The position numbers and the translations under genes are program-made. The notes beneath the pieces are model-generated. The model saw only the letters and a list, made by a program, of their open reading frames with translations. It searched no databases and was not told the origin of the DNA. 64,000 nt of DNA, taken from IMG/VR virus record IMGVR_UViG_3300045988_048443, one strand, 5' to 3'. The stretch is from a virus. Below, in pieces: positions 9,101-19,400 of this stretch; position 1 is the first letter of the stretch, and every line of letters begins with the position of its first letter.

Positions 9101-10612
9101 ACTGCTACTCATCAACGTAGTGCTAATATTATTGTTAAGCCGTTAAATGCTACAGACCTTATAGAACTAAAAGATACGTATATAGAAAGTAATTATAAAC
9201 TTTATACTAATTATAAAGATAATCTTAATTATGATTCTTATAAACGTGCTACTATTCGTCGTAGTGATGTAATAGGTGATGAAAATCTTGCTAACTCATG
9301 GAGACACTTTAGAGCAAACAATTATAAAGTGCTTTCTAAGAACAAAGGCAACATTACAAATATCGTTGGCGTAGGCACTGCATTTTTCGTCCACACGGAG
9401 CATTCTTTGTTCTACCTTAATAGAGATAACCTCCTCAAGACATCGGGCGATACAGCGCAATTAAAAATGCCAGATTTGTTTGAAGTAGAACCTATTGAAC
9501 TATTTACTAGTAATCATGGTTATGGTGGACTTCAACATTCTCAAGCCTGGACTGTTAATAGTAATGGTTATTGGTTTGTAGATGCAGACAATAGAAGAAT
9601 ATATAACTTTGATAATAATCATCTTACTGATTTAACTAGTGATATTCTTAATTGGATAAACAATGTTCAAATAGCTGATGCTCACATGGTTACAGATTTT
9701 GCTAATGCTCGTGTAATTATGTGTCTTGCTTATTATAGTGAGGATGTTGGAGATAGAGAACATAATCAGCCTGCTTATATTACTTTATCATTTAATATGA
9801 TTAGTAAGAAGTTTGTTAGTCTTCATGATTATAAATTTAATTTAGGTGTAAATACTAAAAATCATTGTTATTTTTATTATGCTGTTAAAACTAGTTCTTT
9901 CCTTTATTGTTTCAATAAAAATACTCCTTTAGGATTCTATGGTAAAACTGGAGATTATGCTGGACTTGATGACCATGCTTATGGGTTCCCAGCTATGAGT
10001 ACAAATCTTACTATAAAAAAAGAAGATGGTACTGAAGAAACTAGAACTGTTCATCCTGCTATATTTGATGTTATTGTAAATGAGAATTATAATATTCCTA
10101 AATGTATTAACGCTATTAGTTATATACTTAATAAAGAATATGCTTACTTTAGTAATCAAGTTACTAGAATGGCTGAACCACTTATGGGTAATGGAACTTA
10201 TGGAGATATAGAACATTATAGTGGTGATAAACTTCGTATTTATACTGATAGTAATGATACAGGTGACTTAGATATTTCAGGACATAAAACAATTAATGAT
10301 GATACTGTAACTAGAGATAAAACTCCAGATTACAAAGTTCCTTATTATGATAAAGGTATTTGGAACTTTAATTATATAAGGAATTATATTAGTAGTAAAC
10401 TTACTAAAGAAGAAATCTGTAAACGTTATAATTTGGATATTAATAATCTTACTCCTACACAAGAAACTAAGATTCAAACTATGCTTAATAATCCAAGTGA
10501 TGAACGTAATCTAGTTTATGGTCGTTATTTCGTTGTTAGATTTATCTTTAGAAATATAGATAATGTTCCTTTTAGATTTGAGGATTTAAATATTAATTAT
10601 TCAAAGTATTAA
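6170..10612 (+). CDS. Large (1480 aa) tail-associated structural protein; by position possibly the tail hub/muzzle-type protein of crAss-like phages
   Basis: Uninterrupted 4.4-kb ORF immediately upstream of the internal-protein/RNAP block. The functional label rests on synteny only. Confidence 0.45.
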   Translation: MNIVKELNLNKTPNVVPNGSLVFAKNIKVSPDNSYITNEEGLTYAFSTPVEGKIVGIIPCMKEIVILSYLKAGTGEHSSHIYRCVENEVTGLLDLNEVGNAWTYSGGKIVGTYTYNVNGELIIAIGEYGIVKVEEIAGRDDDVINPGDEDDNDNKVNAQKITKEYIPLKTINLDRANASDNPEVYSVCANIPIANISLEERVPGNSMPNGIYQFFIRYEIDKDYYTNWMPLGGSYHALNIENKTVINHIYDVTGGSNLALTRCVAAYNNDNKDCNYNFKFRIKFDDTYNYKAYQIGYILKHEETALARIWRKFNTDVRDFIFDAGNFEETTIDELTANSFNLFNVASLCNYENRLYIANYDESDYNVDLTKYAEGIRANMIYEPCSDLDSVKINTINYETYTFSWSTGGISAAIVEIKKPSKDVIVNVNGQRTTYHAVINARDYNELKRYVCWVTTESENIADFDNCAFGGYGGNHVIPCTNVAFGIYGGDNPTFDIITVPVKGYSDRLYSGLGQGGGTSHKHTGLKLAKDARGFLLHGYTPVCSYRPNRFRMSKGTNTRTYSNTIMVDNAVRTLMPNSVYNFFIHYVRKDGSYTNGYQLKNDVRPDAILNSVSMTGSSSVDVQLSKLTTLSERTSSVSSGKDRDFTNLLSIDALKDKYVYEVVSTAVSPSYSDTLRGTSFGYYKNYNGDLLFKTGSTHNFNNTNDNVLYRIKVGFTNIKIPDGYIGFFFSYEKPETTNSYQAYCIKKTNTGALFKASEVETGKINYNGSIYIPEYKITDEGFKLPTTNPAYINNAGIVASNAVDDDDLTNTVNTAGSDGGIVLSLKDGKSKVTPEIGEVGNVMIFNRNIYCKKDKQLISFGPICFKHSDIETYSYADVKDDTKFPNNYVNDYDFNYPAFYVNDKTLVYDRKVYISDTGKVYDISERNAIAKDWTSFAKAYARIVNYSKFSRVNTNAISIKKEPEYLVGVLGSEEGGTATHQRSANIIVKPLNATDLIELKDTYIESNYKLYTNYKDNLNYDSYKRATIRRSDVIGDENLANSWRHFRANNYKVLSKNKGNITNIVGVGTAFFVHTEHSLFYLNRDNLLKTSGDTAQLKMPDLFEVEPIELFTSNHGYGGLQHSQAWTVNSNGYWFVDADNRRIYNFDNNHLTDLTSDILNWINNVQIADAHMVTDFANARVIMCLAYYSEDVGDREHNQPAYITLSFNMISKKFVSLHDYKFNLGVNTKNHCYFYYAVKTSSFLYCFNKNTPLGFYGKTGDYAGLDDHAYGFPAMSTNLTIKKEDGTEETRTVHPAIFDVIVNENYNIPKCINAISYILNKEYAYFSNQVTRMAEPLMGNGTYGDIEHYSGDKLRIYTDSNDTGDLDISGHKTINDDTVTRDKTPDYKVPYYDKGIWNFNYIRNYISSKLTKEEICKRYNLDINNLTPTQETKIQTMLNNPSDERNLVYGRYFVVRFIFRNIDNVPFRFEDLNINYSKY

Positions 10613-10615
10613 ATT

Positions 10616-13177
10616 ATGACTGGAAAAATTAAAAGAAGAAGTCTTCGTTGTGGTGGTAGACCTAAAGCTGACTTCGGTAGTATTTTTACTACATTTATTG
10701 CTCCTGCTTTAGGTGTTGCTGGTTCTGTAGCAGATTCTGCTATAAGTAAAGCTCAAGTTTCAAAGAGCAATACTAAACCAGCTGTTAAAGAGACTAATAC
10801 AGAAGTTACTAATAACAATAATGCTTCTGTTGAAAATCTTCCTACTACTCAAGCTCCTACTAAAGAATCAATTAGCGGACTTGTTACTAGTAATACTATT
10901 ATTCCTCCTGACCCAACTAAAACTCCTGCTATGAGATTAGGCGGTAGAAAGAAATGTTGGATTGGTGCAGCTATTATGGGTGCTACTAGTATAGCAGGTT
11001 CTTTATTTGGTGCTGCTGCTCAAAAAAGAGAAATGCGTCGTCAAAAGAATATTCAAGATTGGCAGAATACTACTCAAGAAGCTGCTAATATGACTTCTGT
11101 TCTTAATAATAGTCAAGATTATCAAGAAGATTATCTTAGACAATTTAGAACTGCTGCTAGACTTGGTAAAACTCTTGGAGCTAAAGGTATTTATATTACT
11201 GATGGTGGAGATGCTACCAAGATAGGAAACAACACATACCTTCTACGGGGCGGCTCTCATGAAGATGTAAATGAGACTGGTCAAACAGGTATAGGTATCA
11301 ATGTTGGTGGTAACGAAGTTGAGGCTGAAGGCGGTGAAGTTGCTCAGAAGAAAAATGGTGCTCTAAGAATCTTTAGTGCTCAACCTATTCTTGGTAATGG
11401 TATGAGTCCTGCTCAAGCTATTCTTAGAGGTTATAATAAAGATTCTGTATTTAGTCAACAACAAGCTTTTAAGAAAAGAAATGGTCTTAAAGATGATGGT
11501 AGTGCTAAATATGGACTTGGTGGAGACATAAAAGGTATTTGGAACTTTATTAGAAGTTATAGAACTCCTGTTAATAACATTGCTGCTCTAGTTACTGCAT
11601 ATCAAAAATTAAATCCTAATAGTAACTATAATAAACAAAAAGGTAAGTTCAAAGGTGGTACTTTTAGAGGTGCTGGTGCAGGTGGTACTTGGACTAACGA
11701 TTATAAATCTAATAAAGGTTTCGATAACTTTAATGATGCTTATGATGACGCTGTAGAACATAATGCTAAAACTTTTATTTTTGGTAATAAGAGATATAAT
11801 ACTCTTAAAGAAAATAATCCTATTAGAGAAATTAATAATAGAGCTGTAGGTTCTTGGAGAGATAGTGTGGTTACTAAAGATAGAACTGGTTATGGTAAAG
11901 ATTTTGGACCTATAAAAGGTGGTGCTTCTTTGATTCCTCTAATTACAGAAACTTACAATCCTAAGAGAATTAAACATAAATTAGGTGGTGGTTTAACTTC
12001 TAAAGATAGAGGTTCTTCTAAACATCCTTATCCTTCTGTATCATCTAAAGATTTTGCAGGTAGTGGTAGAAGTTATCCTATTCCAACTAAAGCTGATGCT
12101 GTTGATGCTTTAAGACTTGCAGGTCTTCATGGAAGAAGTGATGTTAGAAGTAAAGTATTTAGTAAATATCCTAGTCTTAGAAAGAAAAGTTCGTTAGGCA
12201 GCTATACCTCCCCTGTAAAAGACATGAGACCTAAAGCTGGTACTGGTATGTATATTCCTTTTAATAAACGTTATACTTCTATTTATGATGCTCCAGATTA
12301 TGATTATGATTATAATGGTGGTAATGTTTTAGGTAATAATGAAGTAACAGTTACAGCTAAGAGAATTAAGCCTACTTTTATGAAACCAAATAATGATGCT
12401 ATGAATCTTATCAAAGTTCCTAAAGAAGAAGTTCCTTATATTCCACAACATCATAATCGTAGTCGTACTATATTTAGTGGTGGAGATTATTTAGGATTAG
12501 GTATTGATACTCTTGCTGCATTAAGTACAGGTCTCGTAAATTATAATACTGCTGGTAAGTATACTCTTCCTGATAGAGCTCCTATCATTCAAGCTAGTAA
12601 ATTACCTACAACTTATAATGTTAATCCTGAAATAGAAGAGGTTAAACGTTATAGAGATAGACTTACTGGACAAACTTTCAATAATACTTCAAGTTCTGTA
12701 GCTGCTCTTAATAGAAGTGGTGCTATTAATCTTGATGCTCTTTCTAATCTTAGTAAACTTTGGGCTACTAAAGAGAATGAAGAGAACAAGATGCTTACAG
12801 AAGATGCTAAGAATCAACAAACTGTTGCAGCACAAAATGTACAGAATGAACTTGCTCGTCAAAGTGAAATTGCTAGAATTAAAAATGAAGCTATTCAAGC
12901 TAAGGGTGATGCTCTTAATGTTGGTCTTAGTGGATTGTCTCAAGCTTGGACTAATTTCTGGACTGCTGGTAGAACTGCTTATGAAGATGACCAAGCTAGA
13001 CGTGCAATGGTTGCTTCTAGTAAAGATGCTACTCCTACTAGACTTATTGAAATGGGTTATGACTTATCTCCTGACCTTGTAGCTAGTCTTTATAGAACTG
13101 CTAAAGATGATAGAACTAAACGTTTCTATTTGTCTAGATTGTCTTCTGCTCAAAGACAAAGATACGGTATAAATTAA
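10616..13177 (+). CDS. Putative internal virion/ejection protein (853 aa) with Gly-rich hydrophobic segments and a C-terminal coiled coil
   Basis: Hydrophobic Gly/Ala-rich stretches (IFTTFIAPALGVAGSVADSAI; WIGAAIMGATSIAGSLFGAAA). Repeated basic-x-GG motifs. Q/E/A-rich helical C-terminus. Lies upstream of the RNAP block. Confidence 0.45.
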   Translation: MTGKIKRRSLRCGGRPKADFGSIFTTFIAPALGVAGSVADSAISKAQVSKSNTKPAVKETNTEVTNNNNASVENLPTTQAPTKESISGLVTSNTIIPPDPTKTPAMRLGGRKKCWIGAAIMGATSIAGSLFGAAAQKREMRRQKNIQDWQNTTQEAANMTSVLNNSQDYQEDYLRQFRTAARLGKTLGAKGIYITDGGDATKIGNNTYLLRGGSHEDVNETGQTGIGINVGGNEVEAEGGEVAQKKNGALRIFSAQPILGNGMSPAQAILRGYNKDSVFSQQQAFKKRNGLKDDGSAKYGLGGDIKGIWNFIRSYRTPVNNIAALVTAYQKLNPNSNYNKQKGKFKGGTFRGAGAGGTWTNDYKSNKGFDNFNDAYDDAVEHNAKTFIFGNKRYNTLKENNPIREINNRAVGSWRDSVVTKDRTGYGKDFGPIKGGASLIPLITETYNPKRIKHKLGGGLTSKDRGSSKHPYPSVSSKDFAGSGRSYPIPTKADAVDALRLAGLHGRSDVRSKVFSKYPSLRKKSSLGSYTSPVKDMRPKAGTGMYIPFNKRYTSIYDAPDYDYDYNGGNVLGNNEVTVTAKRIKPTFMKPNNDAMNLIKVPKEEVPYIPQHHNRSRTIFSGGDYLGLGIDTLAALSTGLVNYNTAGKYTLPDRAPIIQASKLPTTYNVNPEIEEVKRYRDRLTGQTFNNTSSSVAALNRSGAINLDALSNLSKLWATKENEENKMLTEDAKNQQTVAAQNVQNELARQSEIARIKNEAIQAKGDALNVGLSGLSQAWTNFWTAGRTAYEDDQARRAMVASSKDATPTRLIEMGYDLSPDLVASLYRTAKDDRTKRFYLSRLSSAQRQRYGIN
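11233..11256 (-). repeat. GC-motif copy (reverse orientation) inside a CDS
   Basis: The reverse complement reads GAGCCGCCCCGTAGAAGGTATGTG. In the host gene it encodes L-L-R-G-G-S. Confidence 0.85.
12207..12226 (+). repeat. Decayed GC-motif copy inside a CDS
   Basis: CCTCCCCTGTAAAAGACATG, compared with CCGCCCCGTAAAAGGTATG at 15351. Same reading frame, giving S-P-V-K-D-M. Confidence 0.4.
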
Positions 13178-13189
13178 TATTATATAAAT

Positions 13190-13222
13190 ACTTCTGATAG
13201 TACTATTACTATCAGAAGTTTT
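13190..13222 (+). terminator. Rho-independent terminator
   Basis: Perfect 13-bp stem: ACTTCTGATAGTA (13190-13202) with TACTATCAGAAGT (13207-13219). The loop is 4 nt and is followed by TTTTACTATTTTT. Confidence 0.8.
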
Positions 13223-13224
13223 AC

Positions 13225-13232
13225 TATTTTTG
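13225..13232 (+). promoter_or_regulatory. Candidate Bacteroidetes-type -7 box (TAnnTTTG)
   Basis: TATTTTTG lies 26 nt upstream of the ATG at 13258, directly after the terminator. Confidence 0.3.
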
Positions 13233-13257
13233 TAATCAGTAATTAAATAATAATATT

Positions 13258-14484
13258 ATGGCTTATAAAAACAATCAAAGTGGTATTACTATTGGAGGCT
13301 ATGTTCCTCAACGTGTACCAGTTCGTTCAAATCTTGAAGCTCTTAGTCAAGCATTAAATAAAATTGATGAGCGTTCTGATAAAGCAATTCAACAAAAGTC
13401 TGCTATTACGAATGCTATTGGTCAATTAAAACTTAATGCTGCTGAAGATAAATGGAAATACGATTATGCTAAACGTATTGAACAAAAGATTAATGACGCT
13501 GCTCAATATGGTGATTATAGTAGGGCATTAGATGTTGCTACTGAACTTGCCGGAAGTGCTACTTCTTCTCCTGAAGTTATTGGTCGTATTCGAGCTAATG
13601 AAGCTTATGAAAAAAAGAAAGGCGAAGTTGAATCTCTTGCTAATAGTGGAGTTATTAGTGGACTTACTAAAGAACGTTGGCTTGCTCAAAATAAATATGC
13701 TTATGAAGATATTCGTGATGCAAATGGTAATATAGTTGGAGGTACAGATTGGAAAGCTGGATGGGACCCAGTTAAGAAAGTTGATATGTCTAGACTTGTT
13801 ACACTTGCTGGTCAACTTGCTGCTCCTATAAAACGTGCTACTAGTAGTACTTCTCAACATAGTGTTTCTGATGAACAAGGTGTAGGTAATGGTGGTACTA
13901 GTACTCCTGAAGGTCTTCGTTCTGTAAAAACTGGTTATAGTACTTCTAGTGGTTCTAGTTTTCAAAGAGAAACTTTAACTAAGCAAAAGATTGATGAAGT
14001 TTATAATAAACTCTTTGCTCTTGACCCAGATAATATGAATGCTCTTATTCAACAATTTGATGATGTTCAATGGAAAGTTAATCAACTTAAAGATAAACTT
14101 AGTACTACAACTGACCCTGAAGAACGTAAAACTCTTCAAAATAGTATTGATGCGTTTGGTAATGATATTTACGATGCTAATGGACAACCTCTTAAAGTTA
14201 AAGAATATATGCTTAGTAAAATAGGTGTTATTACTAAAAATATGGCTTATGATAATACTAGTGTTAGTCATACTTCAGGTAGTTCTGAAACTAGAGGTTT
14301 AACCTATGGTACTAAATATGCTCTTAGTTCTGGTACAAATACTAGTAATATAACTGCTCCACTTCCTACATTAGGTGGAACTTATTATAGCAATCCTGGT
14401 GAAGTAAGTTGGAATGTTAAACGTGATGGTTCTTATTTCCAACAAACTAGTAGAAGTCTTTCTGAAAATGGTATTTTAAATTAG
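13258..14484 (+). CDS. Putative internal virion protein (408 aa)
   Basis: Long ORF in the cargo block with helical N-terminal and S/T/G-rich C-terminal parts. No motif recognised. Confidence 0.5.
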   Translation: MAYKNNQSGITIGGYVPQRVPVRSNLEALSQALNKIDERSDKAIQQKSAITNAIGQLKLNAAEDKWKYDYAKRIEQKINDAAQYGDYSRALDVATELAGSATSSPEVIGRIRANEAYEKKKGEVESLANSGVISGLTKERWLAQNKYAYEDIRDANGNIVGGTDWKAGWDPVKKVDMSRLVTLAGQLAAPIKRATSSTSQHSVSDEQGVGNGGTSTPEGLRSVKTGYSTSSGSSFQRETLTKQKIDEVYNKLFALDPDNMNALIQQFDDVQWKVNQLKDKLSTTTDPEERKTLQNSIDAFGNDIYDANGQPLKVKEYMLSKIGVITKNMAYDNTSVSHTSGSSETRGLTYGTKYALSSGTNTSNITAPLPTLGGTYYSNPGEVSWNVKRDGSYFQQTSRSLSENGILN

Positions 14485-14490
14485 TAAACT

Positions 14491-16440
14491 ATGCTTAGTA
14501 AAAAAATATATGATAAATTTATAAGTGATGGAGATTTTGTTGGTGCAGCTAATTATTTATCTCGTGCTCACTTTAGTGACCCAGTTAAACAACAAATGGT
14601 TAATCAAACTATTAAAAGTCTTAGAACTGATGGTCGTAGAATACAAGGTATGATGTCTCATGCTGATGATATTCAAAAAGCTGCATATAGTTTTCTCAAT
14701 GCTGTAAATAATAATAATGTTCTTCCAGGTCTTAATAATGGTATAGATTCTGAAGGTAATAGACGTAAAAGTACTAATGGATTTAGTAAAGCTTATTCTG
14801 ACGCTTTAAGAAATTTAGGTAGTACAAAAACTACTGATGCTGAAGGAATATCTATTAAATTTGGTGGTAAGACTGAAAAAAGAACTTTATTTGGTATTGA
14901 TTGGTTAGCTAAAGATGTAGAATATAACGATGATGCTTTTAATGATATGTTGAAACGTACTCATCTTACTAAAGAAGCTTTAATAAAAGCTGGTGCTAAG
15001 ATTAAAGTTCAAAATGGTCAATATATTCTTGATATTAGTAAACGTAGTTCTTTATTTAATAAGATATACGATGGTATTCGTAATATTAAAAACGATAAAG
15101 GTTTATATAGATTTCAAATAGCTGGAGTTGACGCTAAAGGTAATATAATAAAAAATAATGAAAGTTATCGTCCAGCTTCTGCTATGGAAAGAGGTGAACT
15201 TAAACATCAAGGTGTTAATGTTGCTACAAGAGTTGGAGCTTCCTCAAGTCCTATAGAAGAATCAGATGGATATTACTTTAATCCTAGTGTTTCGATGATT
15301 AATAATTTTGAAGCTCCAGCTAAAACTATAGAAAATGCCAATCAAACTATCCGCCCCGTAAAAGGTATGAGTGGTGATGGAAGTGAAGTATCTACTGTTA
15401 GTTCTATGATTCTTCCTTTTAATAGTGCTCGTAGAAAACAGATTAGTGATGCTCTTAATACTGGTAGACTTAATACTGAATTAGCTAATGCTTTAGTAAA
15501 AGAGAATGGTAATGCTATTCTTAATGGTCTTATGAATGCTGATTTTACTCAATATGAAATGTATGTTACTGATGAGGAAAATCCTGATGACCATACTACT
15601 GTTCGCCATTCAGTAGATACTAGTAACGAAAAAGCTAATATTCAAGATTTATTACGTGCTGCTATTGCTAGTGGAAAGTTTGACCCAGAAACTCAAGTTT
15701 CTCTTGGTATGCAAGGTAATCAAACTGGTTATGTTATTACTATTCCAACTAAGATGGATAAGAATACAGAAACAGGTAATAGAGTTGAAGATATTAAAGA
15801 GAATAGTCGTCAAATATTTATTCCTGATTTTATGAATGGTGAAGCTGAGAAACTATTCTCTCAAAATTCTCAGACTAGAGCTATGAAAGAACTTGCTAGT
15901 ATGGAAATGTATAATTATCCTGTTGATATTCCTCAAGATGGTAGACTTAATGTTTATAATGACCCTTCTACAGGAAAGGCAGTTTATCAAATGGAATATG
16001 ATAGTGGTAGAGTACAATCTTTAACTAGAGATGATGCACTTCGTAAAGTTAATAAAATGCTCATAGTTGAAGATGGTATTGATTTAGCTAATAAACAATT
16101 TTATGATGAAGATGGTAATCTCCGTAAAGGTCTTAAAAATAAAGATGGTTCTTTAAATGCCCAATTTCAACAAGATTTAAGTAGACAAATAGATACTTAT
16201 GTTACTAGTGCTATGAGTGAACTTTATCCACAAGCTTGGCAAAGTTTTGCTCCTATTGCTAATAATGTTATAAATGGAGATTTTTCATCTGAAGAATATA
16301 AGACTAAATTAGCTAAAGCTATGGATAGTTTTGTAGATACAGATAATATTAATCTTATTAATAATCAAAGAGCTATTTATTCTAATTATATTCTTAGTAA
16401 TATAGGAATGTATGATAATGATGCTTATAACATTGATTAA
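14491..16440 (+). CDS. Putative internal virion protein (649 aa)
   Basis: Long ORF tightly packed between neighbours (6-nt and 2-nt gaps). No motif recognised. Confidence 0.5.
   Translation: MLSKKIYDKFISDGDFVGAANYLSRAHFSDPVKQQMVNQTIKSLRTDGRRIQGMMSHADDIQKAAYSFLNAVNNNNVLPGLNNGIDSEGNRRKSTNGFSKAYSDALRNLGSTKTTDAEGISIKFGGKTEKRTLFGIDWLAKDVEYNDDAFNDMLKRTHLTKEALIKAGAKIKVQNGQYILDISKRSSLFNKIYDGIRNIKNDKGLYRFQIAGVDAKGNIIKNNESYRPASAMERGELKHQGVNVATRVGASSSPIEESDGYYFNPSVSMINNFEAPAKTIENANQTIRPVKGMSGDGSEVSTVSSMILPFNSARRKQISDALNTGRLNTELANALVKENGNAILNGLMNADFTQYEMYVTDEENPDDHTTVRHSVDTSNEKANIQDLLRAAIASGKFDPETQVSLGMQGNQTGYVITIPTKMDKNTETGNRVEDIKENSRQIFIPDFMNGEAEKLFSQNSQTRAMKELASMEMYNYPVDIPQDGRLNVYNDPSTGKAVYQMEYDSGRVQSLTRDDALRKVNKMLIVEDGIDLANKQFYDEDGNLRKGLKNKDGSLNAQFQQDLSRQIDTYVTSAMSELYPQAWQSFAPIANNVINGDFSSEEYKTKLAKAMDSFVDTDNINLINNQRAIYSNYILSNIGMYDNDAYNID
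15351..15369 (+). repeat. GC-motif copy inside a CDS
   Basis: CCGCCCCGTAAAAGGTATG, encoding I-R-P-V-K-G-M. Confidence 0.85.
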
Positions 16441-16442
16441 TT

Positions 16443-19400
16443 ATGAATACAGAAAACGTTTTTAATAATAGTGGAGTTATAGTTAGTAATCCTAATTATA
16501 ATCCTAAAACAAAGAATGGTCGTGCTCAACAGCCCTTCTTTCATACTTTAGATGTAAGTCAAGATATTACATCTGGTGCAGCTAATGAATTTGCAAAGAA
16601 CGCAGACAATGCTTTTGTAATGGGTGATACTCATAGTTATCAACGTTATGGTGTTACTCCTAATATTATTACTAATCTTGATAAAGAGCGTGCTGAAGCA
16701 CAATCAAACTTTGCTAAAACATTTAATTCTTTAGGTCAAGCTCTTGTTAGTGAAACAATTCTTGGTACAATTAAAGCTGTACCTGATTTGTTTGATGCTA
16801 TTACTAATGGTATATTTCAATCTGATGGAGATTACCAAAATCCTATTAGTAATAAACTTCAAGAATGGCAAGATTACTTTAGAAATGAAGTTGCTCCAAT
16901 ATATAGTGACCCTACACGTAATGATATTTATAATGGAGGTCTTACAAATTGGGGATGGTGGACTAGTAATGCACCTAGTGTAATGTCTAGTTTAACATTA
17001 CTTCTTCCTAGTACTGGTATTGTTAAAGTTATTGGTTATCTTGGTAAACTTGCAAAGACTTCTAAGTTAGCTAGTATGACTAGAAATGGCATTAAAAGTA
17101 TTGCTGGCATAGATAGAGCTATAAATTCTAATAAAGAACTTAATGCTTTACAAAAAGGTATTAATAAAATTATTGGTAGTAATGGTATTGTTGTTGGTTC
17201 TGATGTAGAAAGTGCTGCTAGTAGATTTGCTAGTATTGGAGGAAATGCTCTTTTACAACGTACTATGGAGAATTATCAAGAAGCTCAAGGAGTATATAAA
17301 GATATGTATAATGAAGCTTATGATAATCTTAATAGAATGAATGCTCAACAATATCAAGCTTTTGTTAATAAGAATCCTGAACTACTTCAAGATACTGATA
17401 CTAATGATAAAGAAGCTGTTGCAAGACGTATTGCTAAGAAGTCTGCTGATACAGATTTCCTTATGAACTATAGTAATATAGTATTTGATGTTATTCAAAT
17501 GTATGGTCTTCGTAACATGTGGAAAGGTATTAGAAATTCTGATGCTGGTAGTGCTGCTGTAAGTAGAGCTGCAAGATTAGAAAAACTTAAAGTTGGTAAA
17601 ACTGCTGAAGAGTTTGAAAAATACTATGCTAATATAGGTAAAATGAAGAAAGCTGGTTGGTGGATTAAAGACCATGCTAAAGCTGAGAAACTTGTAATAG
17701 CTGGAGAACTTAGTGAAGGTATTGAAGAAAGTGTTAACTATATATCTCAAATGGATGGTATGAATGTTGGTAAACTTCTTCTTAGTGAACAAGATGCTGA
17801 CCATTCTCCTTTTGATAATCGTCTTCAAAAGTATCTTAAAAGTGGAGGACTTGCTGACTCTGCTTTTTGGGGTGTATTAGGTGGTGTTGTATTTCATCAT
17901 TTAGGTAGTGGTTTCGGACGTGTTAGACAAACATTTGAAGATAGAGCTAATAAAAAAGAAGATAAAACTACTGGTGAACAAGGAAAAGCTTCACCTTTTA
18001 GTATTAGTGAACTTGGTGAAACTAAGTCTCGTAAAGCAGATATTGCTCACTGGGGAAAAGATACTAATCTTTATATTGAAAGGATGAATAAAATTAATGA
18101 TGGAAAGAATCCTTTTGATAACGATAAAAACTTTACTAGTCCTGAAGAAAGTCAAGCTGCTAAAGAAGCAGCTGAAAATGATTTTATTACTACATTAGCA
18201 TTACGTGCTGGTCATCATGGTAATCTTGATTATTTAAAATCATTCTTACAAAGTGAAGAAGTTCGTAAAGCTATGGTAGAAAAAGGTGTAGTAAACGAAG
18301 CTGAATCTAAACAAATTCAAGCTAATAATGTTGCTAAAGTTGATGCTGTTTTGGACGCATATACTAAAGAACTTTCAGGTCTTATAGGTATTGTTCAAAA
18401 TAGAAATCATAATAAAAAAGAACCAGACCGTGTTCCTATTGAATATCTTCAAGAAATAGCTAGTGCTAATGTTGTTTATAATCAAAAGATAGCAAATACT
18501 AAAAATAAAGAACAAGTTGCAGATAATCTCATAAACACAGTTCTTAATGAAGAAAATATTAGAAGAGTTATTGGTCAAAATTATACTGGTGAGCAAGTAA
18601 AAGGTGCTGTTCGTCACGCTCTTGTAACTAATATGATTAGCGATTTGTATGCTAGAAAGAAAGACCTTATAGCTAAGAATCGTAAGACTATTAGCGACAA
18701 AGTAGCTATTGATAATATTAATCGTACTATCAATGAGTATAGCGATATGCTTTCTAATGATGAACTTCGTCTTACAACTGCTGTTATGCTTGCTAGTGAA
18801 AGAGACGAACAAGGCAATCTTGGACGTAATAGTCAAGACCCTTTAGCTAAAGCTTATGATGACTTATTTAGTGGTGTTGATGAAAAAGGTGTTCAACTTA
18901 CAGACGAAACTATTGTTCGTAATTTTGAAAAATTTGCTAAAGAAAATGGTCTTTCTAAAAGACTTGCTGAATTTGATAGTTCTAGTAATGTACTTAATCA
19001 AATCCAAAATGCTAATAATACTATAACTAGAATTAATAATCTTGTTAAAGAAGCAGATAAAGAAAAGAATAGTACTGGCGTTAAACTTTCTGACCTTATT
19101 CTTAAACAAGCTGAACTTGAACTTTCTCGTAAATATGACCAAGCTCAAGTTGTCAATAATGAGACAGACCTTGCTGCTGAACTTAGTTATAAACAAAACA
19201 CTATGAATGAAGCTCGTAAGAAAGTTGTTGATACTAGTTATAAGTATATTGATGATTTAGCTGATAAATATAAAGATGAGGAAAACGGTAATATTCGTGC
19301 AGCTGTAGATGCTTATTTTAACGATGAGCAAAATAATTTTGATGATGCTACTTCTTTCATGACTAATAAAGAAAGAGAAGCTTTTAAAGAAAGTCTTGAT

